From Spirochaetaceae bacterium (lineage in GTDB: Bacteria; Myxococcota_A; UBA9160; UBA4427), in the NCBI GenBank assembly GCA_020632655.1, contig JACKFD010000004.1, forward strand, positions 192,427 to 256,426: a DNA stretch of 64,000 nucleotides, read 5' to 3'. Below the pieces are notes generated by a model. That model saw only the letters and a list, made by a program, of their open reading frames with translations. It did no database searches and was not told the origin of the DNA. How positions within the stretch are numbered: the stretch's first letter is position 1; each line of letters begins with the position of its first letter. Positions 9,642-22,682 of the stretch are shown here, one piece after another. The translations under genes and the position numbers were made by a program.

Positions 9642-12353
9642 CTAGGCGTCCCCGTCGTCGTCGACCGCGGTCTCGTCGTCGGATTCGGCACCGAAGGCGT
9701 CGTCCTCCTCCGGATCGAGCCCTGCCTCCTCCGCGGCCTGGGCCTCGGCCCGCGCGAGGATCTCGTCGAGGTTGCCGCCGTCGTCGCTCAGGCCGGACGC
9801 ACCCGGCGCAGCCGACGAGCCCGCCGCCGCGAGCGCCGCCGCCTCGTCCGCCTCGCTCACGTCCTCCTCCGCGACGCGCGCGATCGACACGAGCTTCTCG
9901 TCCGCGTCGAGGTTCATGACGCGCACGCCCTGGGTCGCGCGGCCCATCGACGAGATGCCGCTCACGGGGCAGCGCAGGACCTTGCCGCCGTCGGTGATCA
10001 GCATGACGTCGTCCTCGTCGACGACGCGGGCGATGCCGATGACGGAGCCGTTGCGCTCGTTGGCGCGGATGTTGATGATGCCCTGGCCGCCGCGCTTCTG
10101 GACCCGGTACTCGTCGATCGGCGTGCGCTTGCCGTATCCGCGCTCGGTCGCGCTCAGGATCTGGGCCGCGCCGGCGGCGCCTTCTTCCTCGCGCGTCAGG
10201 ATCTCCATGCCGACGACCTGGTCGCCCTGCGCGAGGGCGATGCCGCGCACACCGGTCGCCGTGCGGCCCATGGCGCGGGCGTCCTGCTCGTTGAAGCGGA
10301 TCGACTTGCCGTCCTTCGTCACGAGCAGCACGTCGTCGTGGCCCGAGCTGCGGCGGGCGGCGATCAGCTCGTCGCCCTCGGTCAGGTTGATGGCGATGAT
10401 GCCGGCCTTGCGGGGATTCGAGAAGGCTTCGAGGGACGTCTTCTTGATGACGCCCTGGCGGGTCGAAAGGACGATGTACTCGCCGACGGCGTCCTCGAAG
10501 CTGCGCACCGGCAGCATCGTCTGGACGTTCTCGCCCTCCTGCAGCTGCAGCACGTTCACGATCGCCTTGCCCTTCGCCGCGCGGCCGAGCTGCGGCAGCT
10601 CGTGCACCTTCAGCCAGTGCAGCCGGCCGAAGTTCGTGAAGAAGAGCAGGTAGGCGTGGGTCGAGGCGACGCCGAGATGGCGCACGAAGTCCTCGTCCCG
10701 GGTCGCCATCCCCTTGGCGCCCTTGCCGCCGCGACGTTGGGCGCGGTAGAGCGTGACGGGGTTGCGCTTGATGTAGCCGAGGTGGGACAGGGTCACGACC
10801 ATGTCCTCCTCGACGATCAGGTCCTCGTTCGTGATGCCGTCGATCGCGGGCGCGAGCTCCGTCCGCCGCTCGTCCCCGAACTTCTCCTCGACCTCGCGCA
10901 GCTCCTGGACGACGACCTCGAGGATCCGCTCGTCCGAAGCGAGCAGTGCCTTCAGGTCCGCGATCTTCTCGCGCAGCTCCGCGAGCTCGTCGAGCACCCG
11001 CTGCCGCTCCATGGCGGTCAGCGCGCGCAGGCGCATGTCGAGGATCGCCTGGGCCTGGCGCTCGGAGAGGCCGAAGCGCGTCATGAGCTGATCGCGCGCC
11101 GTGGCCGCGTCGGGCGCGGCGCGGATCAGGGCGATGATCTCGTCGAGGTGGTCGAGGGCGATCTCGAAGCCCTCGAGGATGTGCGCGCGGGCCTCCGCCT
11201 GGGCGAGGTCGTAGATCGCCCGGCGGATCACGACCTCCTTGCGGAACTCGATGAAATGCCGGAGCGCCTCCTTGATCGAGAGCGTCTGCGGGCGACCGCC
11301 GACCAGGGCGAGCAGGTTCACGCCGAAGGTCGTCTGGAGCGGCGTCAGCTTGAAGAGCTGGTTGAGGATCACGTCCTCGGCCGCGTCCTTCTTGAGCTCG
11401 ATCACGATCCGCATGCCTTCGCGGCTCGACTCGTCGCGCAGGTCGGCGATGCCCTGGATGCGGCCCTCGCGCACGAGATCGGCGATCCGCTCGAGCAGCA
11501 TCGACTTGTTGACCTGGTACGGGATCTCGGTCACGACGATGCGGATGCCGCGCTTGTAGGGCTCGAACCCGGCACGCGCGCGCAGCGTGAGATGGCCGCG
11601 GCCGGTCGCGTAGTAGGCGCGGATGCCGTCGGACCCGCAGAGCTGGCCGCCGGTCGGGAAGTCGGGGCCCGGCATCTTCGCGAGCAGGTCGTCGAGACCG
11701 CAATCCGGGTTCTCGGCCTCGAGGATGAGGGCCGCCGTCAGCTCGCGCAGGTTGTGGGGCGGGACGTTCGTCGCCATGCCGACGGCGATGCCCGAGGAGC
11801 CGTTCGCGAGCAGGTTCGGGAAGCGCGTCGGCAGGACGATCGGCTCTTCCATCTGCCCGTCGAAGTTGGGCTGGAAGTCGACCGTCTCGCGGTCGATGTC
11901 GCGCAGCATCTCCTCGGCGAGCCGGGCGAGGCGGGCCTCCGTGTAGCGGTAGGCTGCGGCGGAGTCACCGTCGATCGAGCCGAAGTTGCCCTGGCCGTCG
12001 ACGAGCGGATACCGGAGCGAGAAGTCCTGGGCCATCCGGACCATCGAGTCGTAGACGGCCGAGTCGCCATGCGGGTGGTAGTGCTTGAGCACCTCGCCGA
12101 CGACGCCGGCGGACTTCGAGTAGGGCCGGTTCGGAAGCAGCCCCTCCTGGTTCATCGCGTAGAGGATGCGGCGATGGACGGGCTTCAGACCGTCGCGCAC
12201 GTCGGGCAGCGCGCGGCTGATGATGACCGACATCGAGTAGGCGAGGAACGACGAGCGGACCTCGTCCTCGATGTTGACGGTCGGGAACGAGCCGTCCGGC
12301 GGCGGGGCCGGCGGCGGAGCGTCGTCTGTCGGGTCGCGGGGCTCGTCGGACAC
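9642..12353 (-). CDS. gyrA: DNA gyrase subunit A with an acidic C-terminal tail
   Basis: [28 protein letters not shown] and [17 protein letters not shown] (QRDR region). Confidence 0.97.
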   Translation of the reverse strand: MSDEPRDPTDDAPPPAPPPDGSFPTVNIEDEVRSSFLAYSMSVIISRALPDVRDGLKPVHRRILYAMNQEGLLPNRPYSKSAGVVGEVLKHYHPHGDSAVYDSMVRMAQDFSLRYPLVDGQGNFGSIDGDSAAAYRYTEARLARLAEEMLRDIDRETVDFQPNFDGQMEEPIVLPTRFPNLLANGSSGIAVGMATNVPPHNLRELTAALILEAENPDCGLDDLLAKMPGPDFPTGGQLCGSDGIRAYYATGRGHLTLRARAGFEPYKRGIRIVVTEIPYQVNKSMLLERIADLVREGRIQGIADLRDESSREGMRIVIELKKDAAEDVILNQLFKLTPLQTTFGVNLLALVGGRPQTLSIKEALRHFIEFRKEVVIRRAIYDLAQAEARAHILEGFEIALDHLDEIIALIRAAPDAATARDQLMTRFGLSERQAQAILDMRLRALTAMERQRVLDELAELREKIADLKALLASDERILEVVVQELREVEEKFGDERRTELAPAIDGITNEDLIVEEDMVVTLSHLGYIKRNPVTLYRAQRRGGKGAKGMATRDEDFVRHLGVASTHAYLLFFTNFGRLHWLKVHELPQLGRAAKGKAIVNVLQLQEGENVQTMLPVRSFEDAVGEYIVLSTRQGVIKKTSLEAFSNPRKAGIIAINLTEGDELIAARRSSGHDDVLLVTKDGKSIRFNEQDARAMGRTATGVRGIALAQGDQVVGMEILTREEEGAAGAAQILSATERGYGKRTPIDEYRVQKRGGQGIINIRANERNGSVIGIARVVDEDDVMLITDGGKVLRCPVSGISSMGRATQGVRVMNLDADEKLVSIARVAEEDVSEADEAAALAAAGSSAAPGASGLSDDGGNLDEILARAEAQAAEEAGLDPEEDDAFGAESDDETAVDDDGDA

Positions 12354-12453
12354 GGCTTCCTGTCTACCTGCTCTCTCTCGGCCTCGATCCCGGCGTCAGC
12401 GCGACCTGCGACGCGCGCGGGGGCGACGCCGCCCGCGCGGGTCGGGCGCGGCG

Positions 12454-14997
<2,544 letters not shown>

Positions 14998-15184
14998 TCA
15001 CGGCGCGCGGGTAGACCCCCGTTTTGGAACGCGCATCGACATCGCACCTGTCGCTCCGCCCCGGACGATCGCCGGCCCGCACGCGTCCCGGTCGAGGGCT
15101 GCCTCCGGCTCGGCCGGGAAGCTCGCTGCGGGCGGCACCCGAGGTCCGGAACGACGTCCCCAGACCTGTCTCAGATGCGCTGGG

Positions 15185-15213
15185 AAAGTACCCGAACCCC
15201 GAGGGTCGGGCAA
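15185..15213 (-). promoter_or_regulatory. Candidate sigma70-type promoter in the dnaN-gyrB gap
   Basis: Minus strand reads TTGCCC-N17-TACTTT. It would give a ~265-nt gyrB leader. Judged by eye only. Confidence 0.3.
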
Positions 15214-15397
15214 AGGCAAAAGTCCTCGAATTTCGCGGAGAGCGGGCCTTCTCGGGCCGGAGATGCCGGCTTCTCGAGCGAGTCGCTTTGCCCTTCGGGG
15301 CAGCGCATGGTCGATGGGAGTCGGGTGACGGGCCACGACCGCGAGGCATGCCCTTCCGAGGCCCCGGCCCGCGCAGACGGACCGGCGTCGACGCGCC

Positions 15398-16522
15398 TCA
15401 GATCCGCATCGGCATCACGACGGCCAGCGTCTTCTCGTCTTCAGCCGGGGTGATGCGCGAGGGCGAGAGGCTGTCCTGGAAGGAGAAGCGCACCTCCTTC
15501 TCGCCGATCGCATTGATGGCGTCGAGCAGGTAGCGCGCATTGAATCCGACCGTGAGGTTCTCGCCGGCGTAGTCGACGTCGAGCTCCTCCCGCGCATCGC
15601 CCAGGTCCGGGTTGTTGGACGAGATCACGAGCTGGCCCGGCGTGAGCTCGAGCTTGACCGCGCGATTGCGCTCGGACGAGAGCAGGGCGACGCGGCGCAC
15701 CGCCTGCGTGAGCGTGTCGGTCGGCAGCAGGAGGTGCCGCGAGAGGTCACGCGGTATGACCTGGTTGTAGTTCGGGAACTCGCCTTCGATCAAGCGCATC
15801 ACGAGCGTGACGTCGCCCTTGCGAGCGAGGCCGCTGTTGTTCGCGAAGGCGAGCTCGATCTCCTCGGCGTCGTCCTCGTCGACCAGGCGCTTGAGCTCAC
15901 CGAGGCCCTTGCGCGGCACGATCACGCCGCTCGCGAGCGCGCTCGCATCCGCTTCGATCGCGCGGTCGACGCAGGCGAGTCGATGGCCATCGGTCGCGAC
16001 GAGGCGGATGTCGCCCGTCTCGCCCAGCACCTCGAGGTAGACGCCGTTCAGGTTGTACCGGGTCTCGTCGACGGAGGCCGCGTACATCGTGCGTTCGATC
16101 ATCGCACTCAGGACCGAAGCCGAGACGGGCACGGTTCGCTCGGGATTGAACTCGGGAAGGGTCGGATACTCCTCCGCCGCGGTCCCGGCGAGCGTGAAGC
16201 GACTGCGATTGCAGCGGATCTCGAGGTAGGAGTTGCTCGTCGACTCGAGATCGATCCGCTCGTCGGAGAGCTCCCGCACGATCTCGAAGAGCTTCTTCGC
16301 CGAGACCGTCAGTCCACCCGCCTTCTCGACCTCGGCCGGATGCTGGCTGCGGATGCCGACCTCGAGATCCGTCGCCGCGAGCTGGAGTCTCTCCTCCTTG
16401 CCCTTCTTCGGCGCCTCGATCAGCACGTTCGCGAGGATCGGCATCGAGTTGCGCTTCTCGACGATCGACTGGATGCGACCGAGGCCGCGCAGGAACTCGG
16501 ACTTCGTGATCGAGAGCTTCAT
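15398..16522 (-). CDS. dnaN: DNA polymerase III beta sliding clamp
   Basis: MKLSITKSEFLRGLGRIQSIVEKRNSMPILANVLIEA with a typical length of 374 aa. Confidence 0.96.
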   Translation of the reverse strand: MKLSITKSEFLRGLGRIQSIVEKRNSMPILANVLIEAPKKGKEERLQLAATDLEVGIRSQHPAEVEKAGGLTVSAKKLFEIVRELSDERIDLESTSNSYLEIRCNRSRFTLAGTAAEEYPTLPEFNPERTVPVSASVLSAMIERTMYAASVDETRYNLNGVYLEVLGETGDIRLVATDGHRLACVDRAIEADASALASGVIVPRKGLGELKRLVDEDDAEEIELAFANNSGLARKGDVTLVMRLIEGEFPNYNQVIPRDLSRHLLLPTDTLTQAVRRVALLSSERNRAVKLELTPGQLVISSNNPDLGDAREELDVDYAGENLTVGFNARYLLDAINAIGEKEVRFSFQDSLSPSRITPAEDEKTLAVVMPMRI

Positions 16523-16838
16523 CCGATCTCTCTTCCGTTTCTGGGTGATTCGATTGAATCAGTGGTGGTAGAGACTGACAGAGGGCCCGACAAAAGCGGC
16601 CGAGGTCATCGGGATCGAAGGGCTTTCCACTTTGCCGGCGACGTGTACGAGGGGCGATCGTCGACACGTGACGCGGGGAGGCGAACGTGTTCGCGTAGCT
16701 TCTCGACGGATTCCTGTCGGCGGCTCGCGGCAGGGTAACACGCACGAGCTGGTGGCGTGGCCGCGGGTCGGAAGGCTGCGGCGGGTGGGGCCCGCCGAGC
16801 GGGTCGGGCGCGGGGGGGATCGATCCGTTCGGATCCGA

Positions 16839-16868
16839 TTGACAGAGCGGGAGACGGGCGGGTACTCT
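16839..16868 (+). promoter_or_regulatory. Candidate sigma70-type promoter upstream of rpmH
   Basis: TTGACA (16839-16844), 18-nt spacer, TACTCT (16863-16868). Confidence 0.4.
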
Positions 16869-17115
16869 CGCGCGCCTCCCGGGTGGGCTCGCCCTGGCCG
16901 CGCCATGCTGCGCGCGAGCAATGGGCGGGCGGATGCGGTCGGATCACGCGGTCCGCTGTGCCGGGATCGAAACGTACGCTGGGTGCAGCGACCAGAGTCA
17001 TACGGGTGGGTCACGGGGCGCCGGAGTCGTCGTCGAGCGCAGGAAGCGCGCTCGCTAGCGGGGACGAGTCGGGGCAGCAGGGTGGACCGCCCAGCAAGAG
17101 TGAGGATCCGCAGCG

Positions 17116-17265
17116 ATGAAGCGGACATTTCAGCCGAGCCGAATCAAGCGCCTGCGCAAGCACGGCTTCCGTGAGCGGATGAAGACCAAGGCGGGCCGCG
17201 CGGTGCTCAAGCGGCGCCGGGCGAAGGGCCGCCGGCGACTCGCGGCCCAGATCTCGTCCAAGTAG
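17116..17265 (+). CDS. rpmH: 50S ribosomal protein L34 (absent from the ORF track because it is short)
   Basis: ATG at 17116 translates to [49 protein letters not shown], with TAG at 17263-17265. Confidence 0.93.
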   Translation: MKRTFQPSRIKRLRKHGFRERMKTKAGRAVLKRRRAKGRRRLAAQISSK

Positions 17266-17270
17266 CCGGG

Positions 17271-17699
17271 ATGGGCGGCGAGACCGGCCGCTTCCGGCGG
17301 TCGGATCGGCTCCTCGACGGGCGGGACTTTCGTCGGGTGCTCCGTGAAGGGCGCCGCCGCGGGAGTGCGGAGCTCGTGGTGGTCACGGCGAGCTCCCGTC
17401 GAAAGCCTCGGAATTCCGAGGACTTATCGCCGGCCCGGCCGATCGGCGCGGGGAGTCGGCTGGGCATCACGGCGAGCCGCAAGGTCGGTAACGCCGTCGT
17501 GCGCAATCGCTTCAAGCGACGGATCCGTGAATGGTTCCGACAGCACCGCGGGGAGCTGCCCGACGCGCTCGACATGGTCGTGATCGCGCGTCGCTCGGGG
17601 GCCGAACTTTCCTTCGGGGAGCTGGACCAGCGGATGCGGGATCTGCTGCGGCTCAGGCAGGCAGGGGCCGGTGATACGCCTCGAGAGGAGCGCAGATGA
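17271..17699 (+). CDS. rnpA: Ribonuclease P protein component
   Basis: Follows rpm[26 protein letters not shown] is the RnpA signature region. Confidence 0.9.
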   Translation: MGGETGRFRRSDRLLDGRDFRRVLREGRRRGSAELVVVTASSRRKPRNSEDLSPARPIGAGSRLGITASRKVGNAVVRNRFKRRIREWFRQHRGELPDALDMVVIARRSGAELSFGELDQRMRDLLRLRQAGAGDTPREERR

Positions 17700-18034
17700 A
17701 TCTATCGGAAACGATTCATCTGGATCCGGCCGGCCGATCGACCTCGGCGGCTGAGGCTTTTCCGACCCCGGATCGTGAAGGTCGAGCCGCGGGCGGGTCG
17801 ACCACCGGCGTCGTGGGCCGACTCGGATCGGTCCTGCTGTCGACGCTCTTCCTGCTCTACCGGGGCTTGATCCGTCCCTTGATCGGTCCCGGCTGTCGTT
17901 TCGAGCCCTCCTGCTCGCACTTCGCGGAGGAGGCGCTGCGTCGTCACGGTCCGGCTCGGGGGCTGTGGCTCGGGATTCGCCGGGTTCTGCGATGCCATCC
18001 CTTCCATCCCGGTGGCTACGACCCGGTCCCCTGA
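17696..18034 (+). CDS. yidD: Membrane protein insertion efficiency factor YidD
   Basis: [50 protein letters not shown] overlap with rnpA. Confidence 0.9.
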   Translation: MNLSETIHLDPAGRSTSAAEAFPTPDREGRAAGGSTTGVVGRLGSVLLSTLFLLYRGLIRPLIGPGCRFEPSCSHFAEEALRRHGPARGLWLGIRRVLRCHPFHPGGYDPVP

Positions 18035-18048
18035 GAGGCGAGACGACC

Positions 18049-19797
18049 TTGGATCGAAACACCCTGCTCGCCTTCGCGCTCTCGATGATGGTCTTCGTGG
18101 CCTATCTCGCGTATTCGGGCGAGCAGCGCGCACGGATCGCCCTCGAGGCAGGAACGGAGGGGGCGTCGCGAACGGAGTCGGTCGCGGGGGAAGCGGATTC
18201 GCCTGGAGGCAGAGCACCGTCGGAGACCGCTGCGGAGGGAGCGGCCGCTCCGTCGGGGTCGGGCGGGTCCCCCGCGCGTATCGGTGGGGTCGCGGAGTCG
18301 GCAAGCGGTGAGACGGGCGACGTCGTGCCGGGGTGGCAGGAGCCGGCGCCGCAGACGTCGACGATCCGGAACGCCCGTGTGGTCGCGCGCATCTCGAATG
18401 GTCCGGCGCTGATCGAGGGCTGGTCGCTCGTCGACTACGTCGAGCGAAGGAGCGATGGGTCGGTACCGATCGACCTCGTCGAGGCGGGGTTGCCCGTACT
18501 GCAGACGACGGTCGCCGGGGTCGTCGGGGCGGACTTCCTCGACACGCGCTTCGAGGTCGTGCGGGAGTCGGGTCGCGAGGTCGTGCAGCGCGCGGTGTCG
18601 TCGGCAGGGGTGCTGACGCGAACGATCCGACTCGATCAGGACGGCTACGGGTTCGATCTCGAGCTCGCCTTCGAGAGCCATCGGCGCGATCCGGTCGATG
18701 CGCGGTTCGAGGTGCTGTGGCCGGCGGGCGTCTCGCAGCGGAAGGACTTCAACGAGGTCTCGTTGCTCGCGTACGGGGGCGAGGAAGGCGTCACGCGGGA
18801 GCTGGTCCAGGCCGTCGGTGGGGGCGGCTTCCTCGGCTTCGGAGGGAGCGAGGACGGGAAGCAGCGGGTCGCGGGGCGCTCGCGATGGGCCGGCTTCGAC
18901 ATCCGTTATTTCACGGGGGTCGTGATCGACGCGAGTGGGAGCGCGCGGCTCGACGTCGAGTTCGAGCCGCTCGTGCCGAAGGAGAGCGCGCGGGCGCGGG
19001 CGGCGCTGCCGTCGATGGCGATCGGCGCAGGGGGCGAGCTCGAGGATGCGCTGCGCGGGTACTTCGGCCCGAAGGATCCGTCGCTGCTGGAGGCGACGGG
19101 CTCGGGGCTCGAGCATACGGTCAACCGCGGCTGGAGCTGGCTCGAGCCGCTGACGCGCTTCTTCGAGATCGCGCTCGACTGGCTCTACGCGTTCATCCCG
19201 AACTACGGCATCGCGATCATCGTCCTGACTGTGCTCGTGCGCGTGTTCACGGCGCCGCTCATGGTCAAGCAGATGCGCTCCGCGGAGCGCATGCGCGACG
19301 TGCAGCCGCGCGTGAAGGCGATCCAGGAGCGATACAAGGACGATCGGCAGAAGCAGTCCGAAGAGATGATGAAGCTCTATCGGGACGAGGGGGTGAATCC
19401 GCTCGCGGGCTGTCTGCCGTTGATGCTTCAGTTCCCGGTTCTGATCGGGCTCTTCTACTCGCTACGCAGCTCGATCGGACTTCGTCAGGCGCCGTTCATG
19501 CTCTGGATCGACGATCTGTCGGAGCCGGAGCTGCTCTTCACGATCCCCGGGCTGGACTTCCCGTTCCGGGTGCTGCCTCTGATCATGGCGGCGAGCATGT
19601 ACTTCCAGCAGAAGATGACGCCGAATACGGGCATGGATCCCGTGCAGGCGCGGATGATGCTGGTGATGATGCCCGCGATGATGCTCCTGATCTCCTACAC
19701 ATTTCCCTCCGGACTCGTGCTCTACTGGACCGTGAGCAATCTGCTCGGCATCGCGCACCAGTACTGGATCCGGAGACAACGTCAGCCGGCCGGCTGA
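18049..19797 (+). CDS. yidC: Membrane protein insertase YidC
   Basis: C-terminal NYGIAIIVLTVLVRVFTAPL...QPRVKAIQERYKDD...NPLAGCLPLMLQFPVLIGLF. A TTG at 18049 preceded by GAGAGG gives (M)DRNTLLAF. The track ORF starts earlier, at 17965. Confidence 0.92.
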   Translation: MDRNTLLAFALSMMVFVAYLAYSGEQRARIALEAGTEGASRTESVAGEADSPGGRAPSETAAEGAAAPSGSGGSPARIGGVAESASGETGDVVPGWQEPAPQTSTIRNARVVARISNGPALIEGWSLVDYVERRSDGSVPIDLVEAGLPVLQTTVAGVVGADFLDTRFEVVRESGREVVQRAVSSAGVLTRTIRLDQDGYGFDLELAFESHRRDPVDARFEVLWPAGVSQRKDFNEVSLLAYGGEEGVTRELVQAVGGGGFLGFGGSEDGKQRVAGRSRWAGFDIRYFTGVVIDASGSARLDVEFEPLVPKESARARAALPSMAIGAGGELEDALRGYFGPKDPSLLEATGSGLEHTVNRGWSWLEPLTRFFEIALDWLYAFIPNYGIAIIVLTVLVRVFTAPLMVKQMRSAERMRDVQPRVKAIQERYKDDRQKQSEEMMKLYRDEGVNPLAGCLPLMLQFPVLIGLFYSLRSSIGLRQAPFMLWIDDLSEPELLFTIPGLDFPFRVLPLIMAASMYFQQKMTPNTGMDPVQARMMLVMMPAMMLLISYTFPSGLVLYWTVSNLLGIAHQYWIRRQRQPAG

Positions 19798-19840
19798 GCG
19801 CCCGTTCGCGGCGAGATAGAGAAAGAAAGAGAGACGACGC

Positions 19841-20845
19841 ATGTACGACGCTCGACGAGAGCCCAACGAGTTCGTGGCGGACAGCCTGGACGAGGCGAAG
19901 GCCAAGGCGGCCACGTTCTTCGGGACGGAGGAGTCGGAGCTCAGGATCGTGGTTCCGCCCTCCGGGGAAATCTTCGGGGCGGCGGGCCGCACCGTGATCG
20001 TGGCTGTCCCCAAGGGGGTCAAGCCTGCTTCTGCGCGGCGTGGGGGTGAAGAGCGGGAGTCCCGAGGGGATGATCGCGGCGAAGAGCGAGAGCGGGGCGG
20101 CCGAGGTGGCCGGCGTGGCCGCGGCGAGCGGGCGGAGCGAGGCGATCGGGGTGACCGAGGCGATCGGGACCGCGATCGCGGTGGCGACCGAGGGGATCGG
20201 GATCGCGGTGGTGACCGGGGTGAGCGCAGCGAGGGTCGATCCCGGCGGGGCAGAGGTGATCGAGACGCGGACCGAGGGGAGCGCCCCGCTCCGCGTGAGA
20301 TGGACCGACTGGGCGACGAGACGCCGCGCGCCGTGGCCGACTCGAAGGGTCGCGCCCAGGGCAAGATCGGCCCGATCGGCGAGTTCCTGCTGGGCGCGGT
20401 CGAGCGTATGAAGCTCGGCTCGTTCGAGATCTCGGAGGCGTCCGAGGGCGACTTCCTGATCTATCAGCTTCGAGGTCCCGCCGCGGAGGCTCTCCAGCGT
20501 GGTGATGGCCGCGCGACGGATGCGCTTCAGCTCGTGGCGAACCAGGTCTCGATGCGGCAGAGCGAGGATGCCCCGCGGATCGTGGTCGACGTCGAGGGGG
20601 GTGGAGATGAGCGGGAGCAGACGCTGAGCCGGCTCGCGGAGCGGGCGGTCAAGCGGGCTCGCGAGACGGGGCGGTCGATCGCACTGGATCCGATGAACGG
20701 TCGCGATCGTCGAGCGATCCACATGGCCGTGCGGGAGGCGGATGGGGTCGCGACGATGAGCATCGGCGAAGGTCGATATCGACAGGTACTCGTCGTTCCG
20801 GAGGGTGCGCCGGAGTACGAGGAGGCGCTCGAGCAGTCCTCCTGA
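19841..20845 (+). CDS. jag: Jag/KhpB-type RNA-binding protein (KH + R3H) with a long Arg/Asp/Gly-rich insert
   Basis: Position after yidC. C-terminal R3H region LDPMNGRDRRAIHMAVRE. A central low-complexity region GDRGDRGDRDRDRGGDRGDRDRGGDRGE. Confidence 0.85.
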   Translation: MYDARREPNEFVADSLDEAKAKAATFFGTEESELRIVVPPSGEIFGAAGRTVIVAVPKGVKPASARRGGEERESRGDDRGEERERGGRGGRRGRGERAERGDRGDRGDRDRDRGGDRGDRDRGGDRGERSEGRSRRGRGDRDADRGERPAPREMDRLGDETPRAVADSKGRAQGKIGPIGEFLLGAVERMKLGSFEISEASEGDFLIYQLRGPAAEALQRGDGRATDALQLVANQVSMRQSEDAPRIVVDVEGGGDEREQTLSRLAERAVKRARETGRSIALDPMNGRDRRAIHMAVREADGVATMSIGEGRYRQVLVVPEGAPEYEEALEQSS

Positions 20846-20901
20846 TGCGAGGTGGGTCGCGGGCGGCGAGCGGGTGCATCGTCGTCCGACCCGACTTCGG
20901 G

Positions 20902-20917
20902 TGTTCCACGGGGAACG
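20902..20917. promoter_or_regulatory. parS-like ParB-binding palindrome, copy 1
   Basis: TGTTCCACGGGGAACG matches 14/16 positions of the palindromic parS form TGTTCCACGTGGAACA. Confidence 0.6.
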
Positions 20918-20971
20918 TCCGGGTCCTCCCTGAGCGGACCCCAGTCGACCGAGACCCATCACAGACTGGAA

Positions 20972-20987
20972 CGTTCCACGGGGAACG
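20972..20987. promoter_or_regulatory. parS-like ParB-binding palindrome, copy 2
   Basis: CGTTCCACGGGGAACG matches 13/16 positions of TGTTCCACGTGGAACA. It has the same off-consensus centre as copy 1 and lies 70 bp away. Confidence 0.55.
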
Positions 20988-20996
20988 GAGCCCAAC

Positions 20997-21662
20997 ATGA
21001 AAGACGGCGAATCTCGCGGTGACGACGAGATCGCCGTCTTTCGCGTTCTAGACGACGGACTTCGTCAGCTTCCCGCGGCGACGACGCCCTTGCAGTCCGA
21101 GCAGCTCACCGATCTGGTGATGCTCCTGCATGCCTGGGCGGAGCGGATCAACCTGACCGCCCATCGAACGCCGACACGCATCGCCGAGCGACTCGTCCTC
21201 GACGCCGCTGCCCTCGGCGCCGCCGTCCCAGAGCTCCGAACCGCCGGGACCCTCGTCGACCTGGGCAGCGGAGCCGGGTTCCCCGGCCTGCCGCTGGCCA
21301 TCCTCCATCCCCACCTCGAGGTCCGACTGATCGAGTCGCGACAGAAGCGACACCACTTCCAGCGCGAGGTGCGTCGTCGACTGGCGCTCTCGAACGTCCT
21401 TCCGAACCTCGGGCGATCCGACCGCGTCGAGATCTTCCCATCCGACCTCGTGGTGGCCCAGGCCATGACGCAGCCGGAAGAAGCCCTCCGGCTCATGCTT
21501 CCCTGGACACGCGAAGGCGGCCTCATGATCCTGCCGGCCTCGGAGGGCGCGGAGATCCCCGACTGGCCGGATCACGACCTCCCGATCGAGCCGCGCGAGT
21601 ATCGCGTCCCAGGATCCGGAATCCGCCGGCGCCTCTGGCTCGTCCGTCGCCCCGCCGAGTAG
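20997..21662 (+). CDS. rsmG: 16S rRNA (guanine527-N7)-methyltransferase RsmG (GidB)
   Basis: INLTA...LVDLGSGAGFPGLPLAI SAM-binding motif. Sits immediately upstream of parAB. Confidence 0.9.
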   Translation: MKDGESRGDDEIAVFRVLDDGLRQLPAATTPLQSEQLTDLVMLLHAWAERINLTAHRTPTRIAERLVLDAAALGAAVPELRTAGTLVDLGSGAGFPGLPLAILHPHLEVRLIESRQKRHHFQREVRRRLALSNVLPNLGRSDRVEIFPSDLVVAQAMTQPEEALRLMLPWTREGGLMILPASEGAEIPDWPDHDLPIEPREYRVPGSGIRRRLWLVRRPAE

Positions 21663-21824
21663 GCCCGAAAGCGAGCCCCGGCTTCCTCCCCTGTCGCGGA
21701 GGAACCCAGCTGTGTTAAGAAACGCGTCGGCGCCAGCCCGCTGGCACCGACGAAGCAGCCGCGCTCCAGGGGGGCGACGCGGCCGCCTCCTCCGCCCGTT
21801 GCTCCCCGATCGGGATCGCTGCTC

Positions 21825-22682
21825 ATGGCCTCGACACCCTTCGTGCTGGCCGTCGTCAACCAGAAGGGTGGCGTCGGGAAGACCACGTCGGCCGTGAACC
21901 TCGCGGCCTGCCTGGCCGCCTCCGAGCGACCGACCCTCCTGATCGACATGGACCCCCAGGCCAACGCGAGCAGCGCCTACGGCATCACCCGTGCCGAGCG
22001 CCAGGTATACGACGCGCTGATCGACGAGGTCCCCCTCACGCACTGCGCGTACGAGACGGAGCTCGAGACGCTGCACGTCGTGCCCGCCGGACGAGATCTG
22101 GTCGGCGCCGAGATCGAGCTCGTCACGATCGAGGAGCGCGAGTTCCGACTCGACCGAGCCATTCGCGCGATGGGCGACGCCTACGAGCTGGTGCTGATCG
22201 ACTGTCCGCCGTCCCTCGGCCTGCTCACGCTCAATGCCCTCACCGCCGCGGACGCCGTGCTGATCCCGCTCCAATGCGAGTACTACGCGCTCGAAGGCCT
22301 CGCGAGCCTGGTCGAGACCGTCGACCTCGTACGCTCCCAGCTCAACCCGCGACTCGAGATCCAGGGCATCGTCCTGACCATGGCGGACCAGCGCAACAAC
22401 CTCGCGCGCCAGGTCGAGGCCGAGGTGCGCAGCCATTTCGGCGACAAGGTCTACCGAACCCGGATCCCACGAAACGTCCGGCTCTCCGAGGCGCCCAGCC
22501 ATGGCCAGCCGATCCTGCTCTACGACATCCACTCGAAGGGTGCAGTCGCCTACGTGAAGCTGGCCGACGAGCTCCTCGCACAGCTCGCCCTGACCGCGCC
22601 GCCACGCAAGCCGCCCGTGCTGCCGGTCGGCCAGCCGAGTCCGCAACCCTCGACCGGAGGAGTTCATGAGTCAACGACGTAG
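21825..22682 (+). CDS. parA: Chromosome partitioning ATPase ParA/Soj
   Basis: VVNQKGGVGKTTSAVNLAA deviant Walker A, then LIDMDPQANAS. Confidence 0.95.
   Translation: MASTPFVLAVVNQKGGVGKTTSAVNLAACLAASERPTLLIDMDPQANASSAYGITRAERQVYDALIDEVPLTHCAYETELETLHVVPAGRDLVGAEIELVTIEEREFRLDRAIRAMGDAYELVLIDCPPSLGLLTLNALTAADAVLIPLQCEYYALEGLASLVETVDLVRSQLNPRLEIQGIVLTMADQRNNLARQVEAEVRSHFGDKVYRTRIPRNVRLSEAPSHGQPILLYDIHSKGAVAYVKLADELLAQLALTAPPRKPPVLPVGQPSPQPSTGGVHESTT

Noticed and set aside
16623-16631. CTTTCCACT as a DnaA box in the dnaN-rpmH spacer.
   Set aside because: It is a single degenerate match to TTATCCACA, with no cluster and no adjacent AT-rich unwinding element.
21711-21724. TGTGTTAAGAAACG as a third parS-like site upstream of parA.
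   Set aside because: It has TGTT...AAAC ends but lacks the CACGTG core and the 16-bp spacing.
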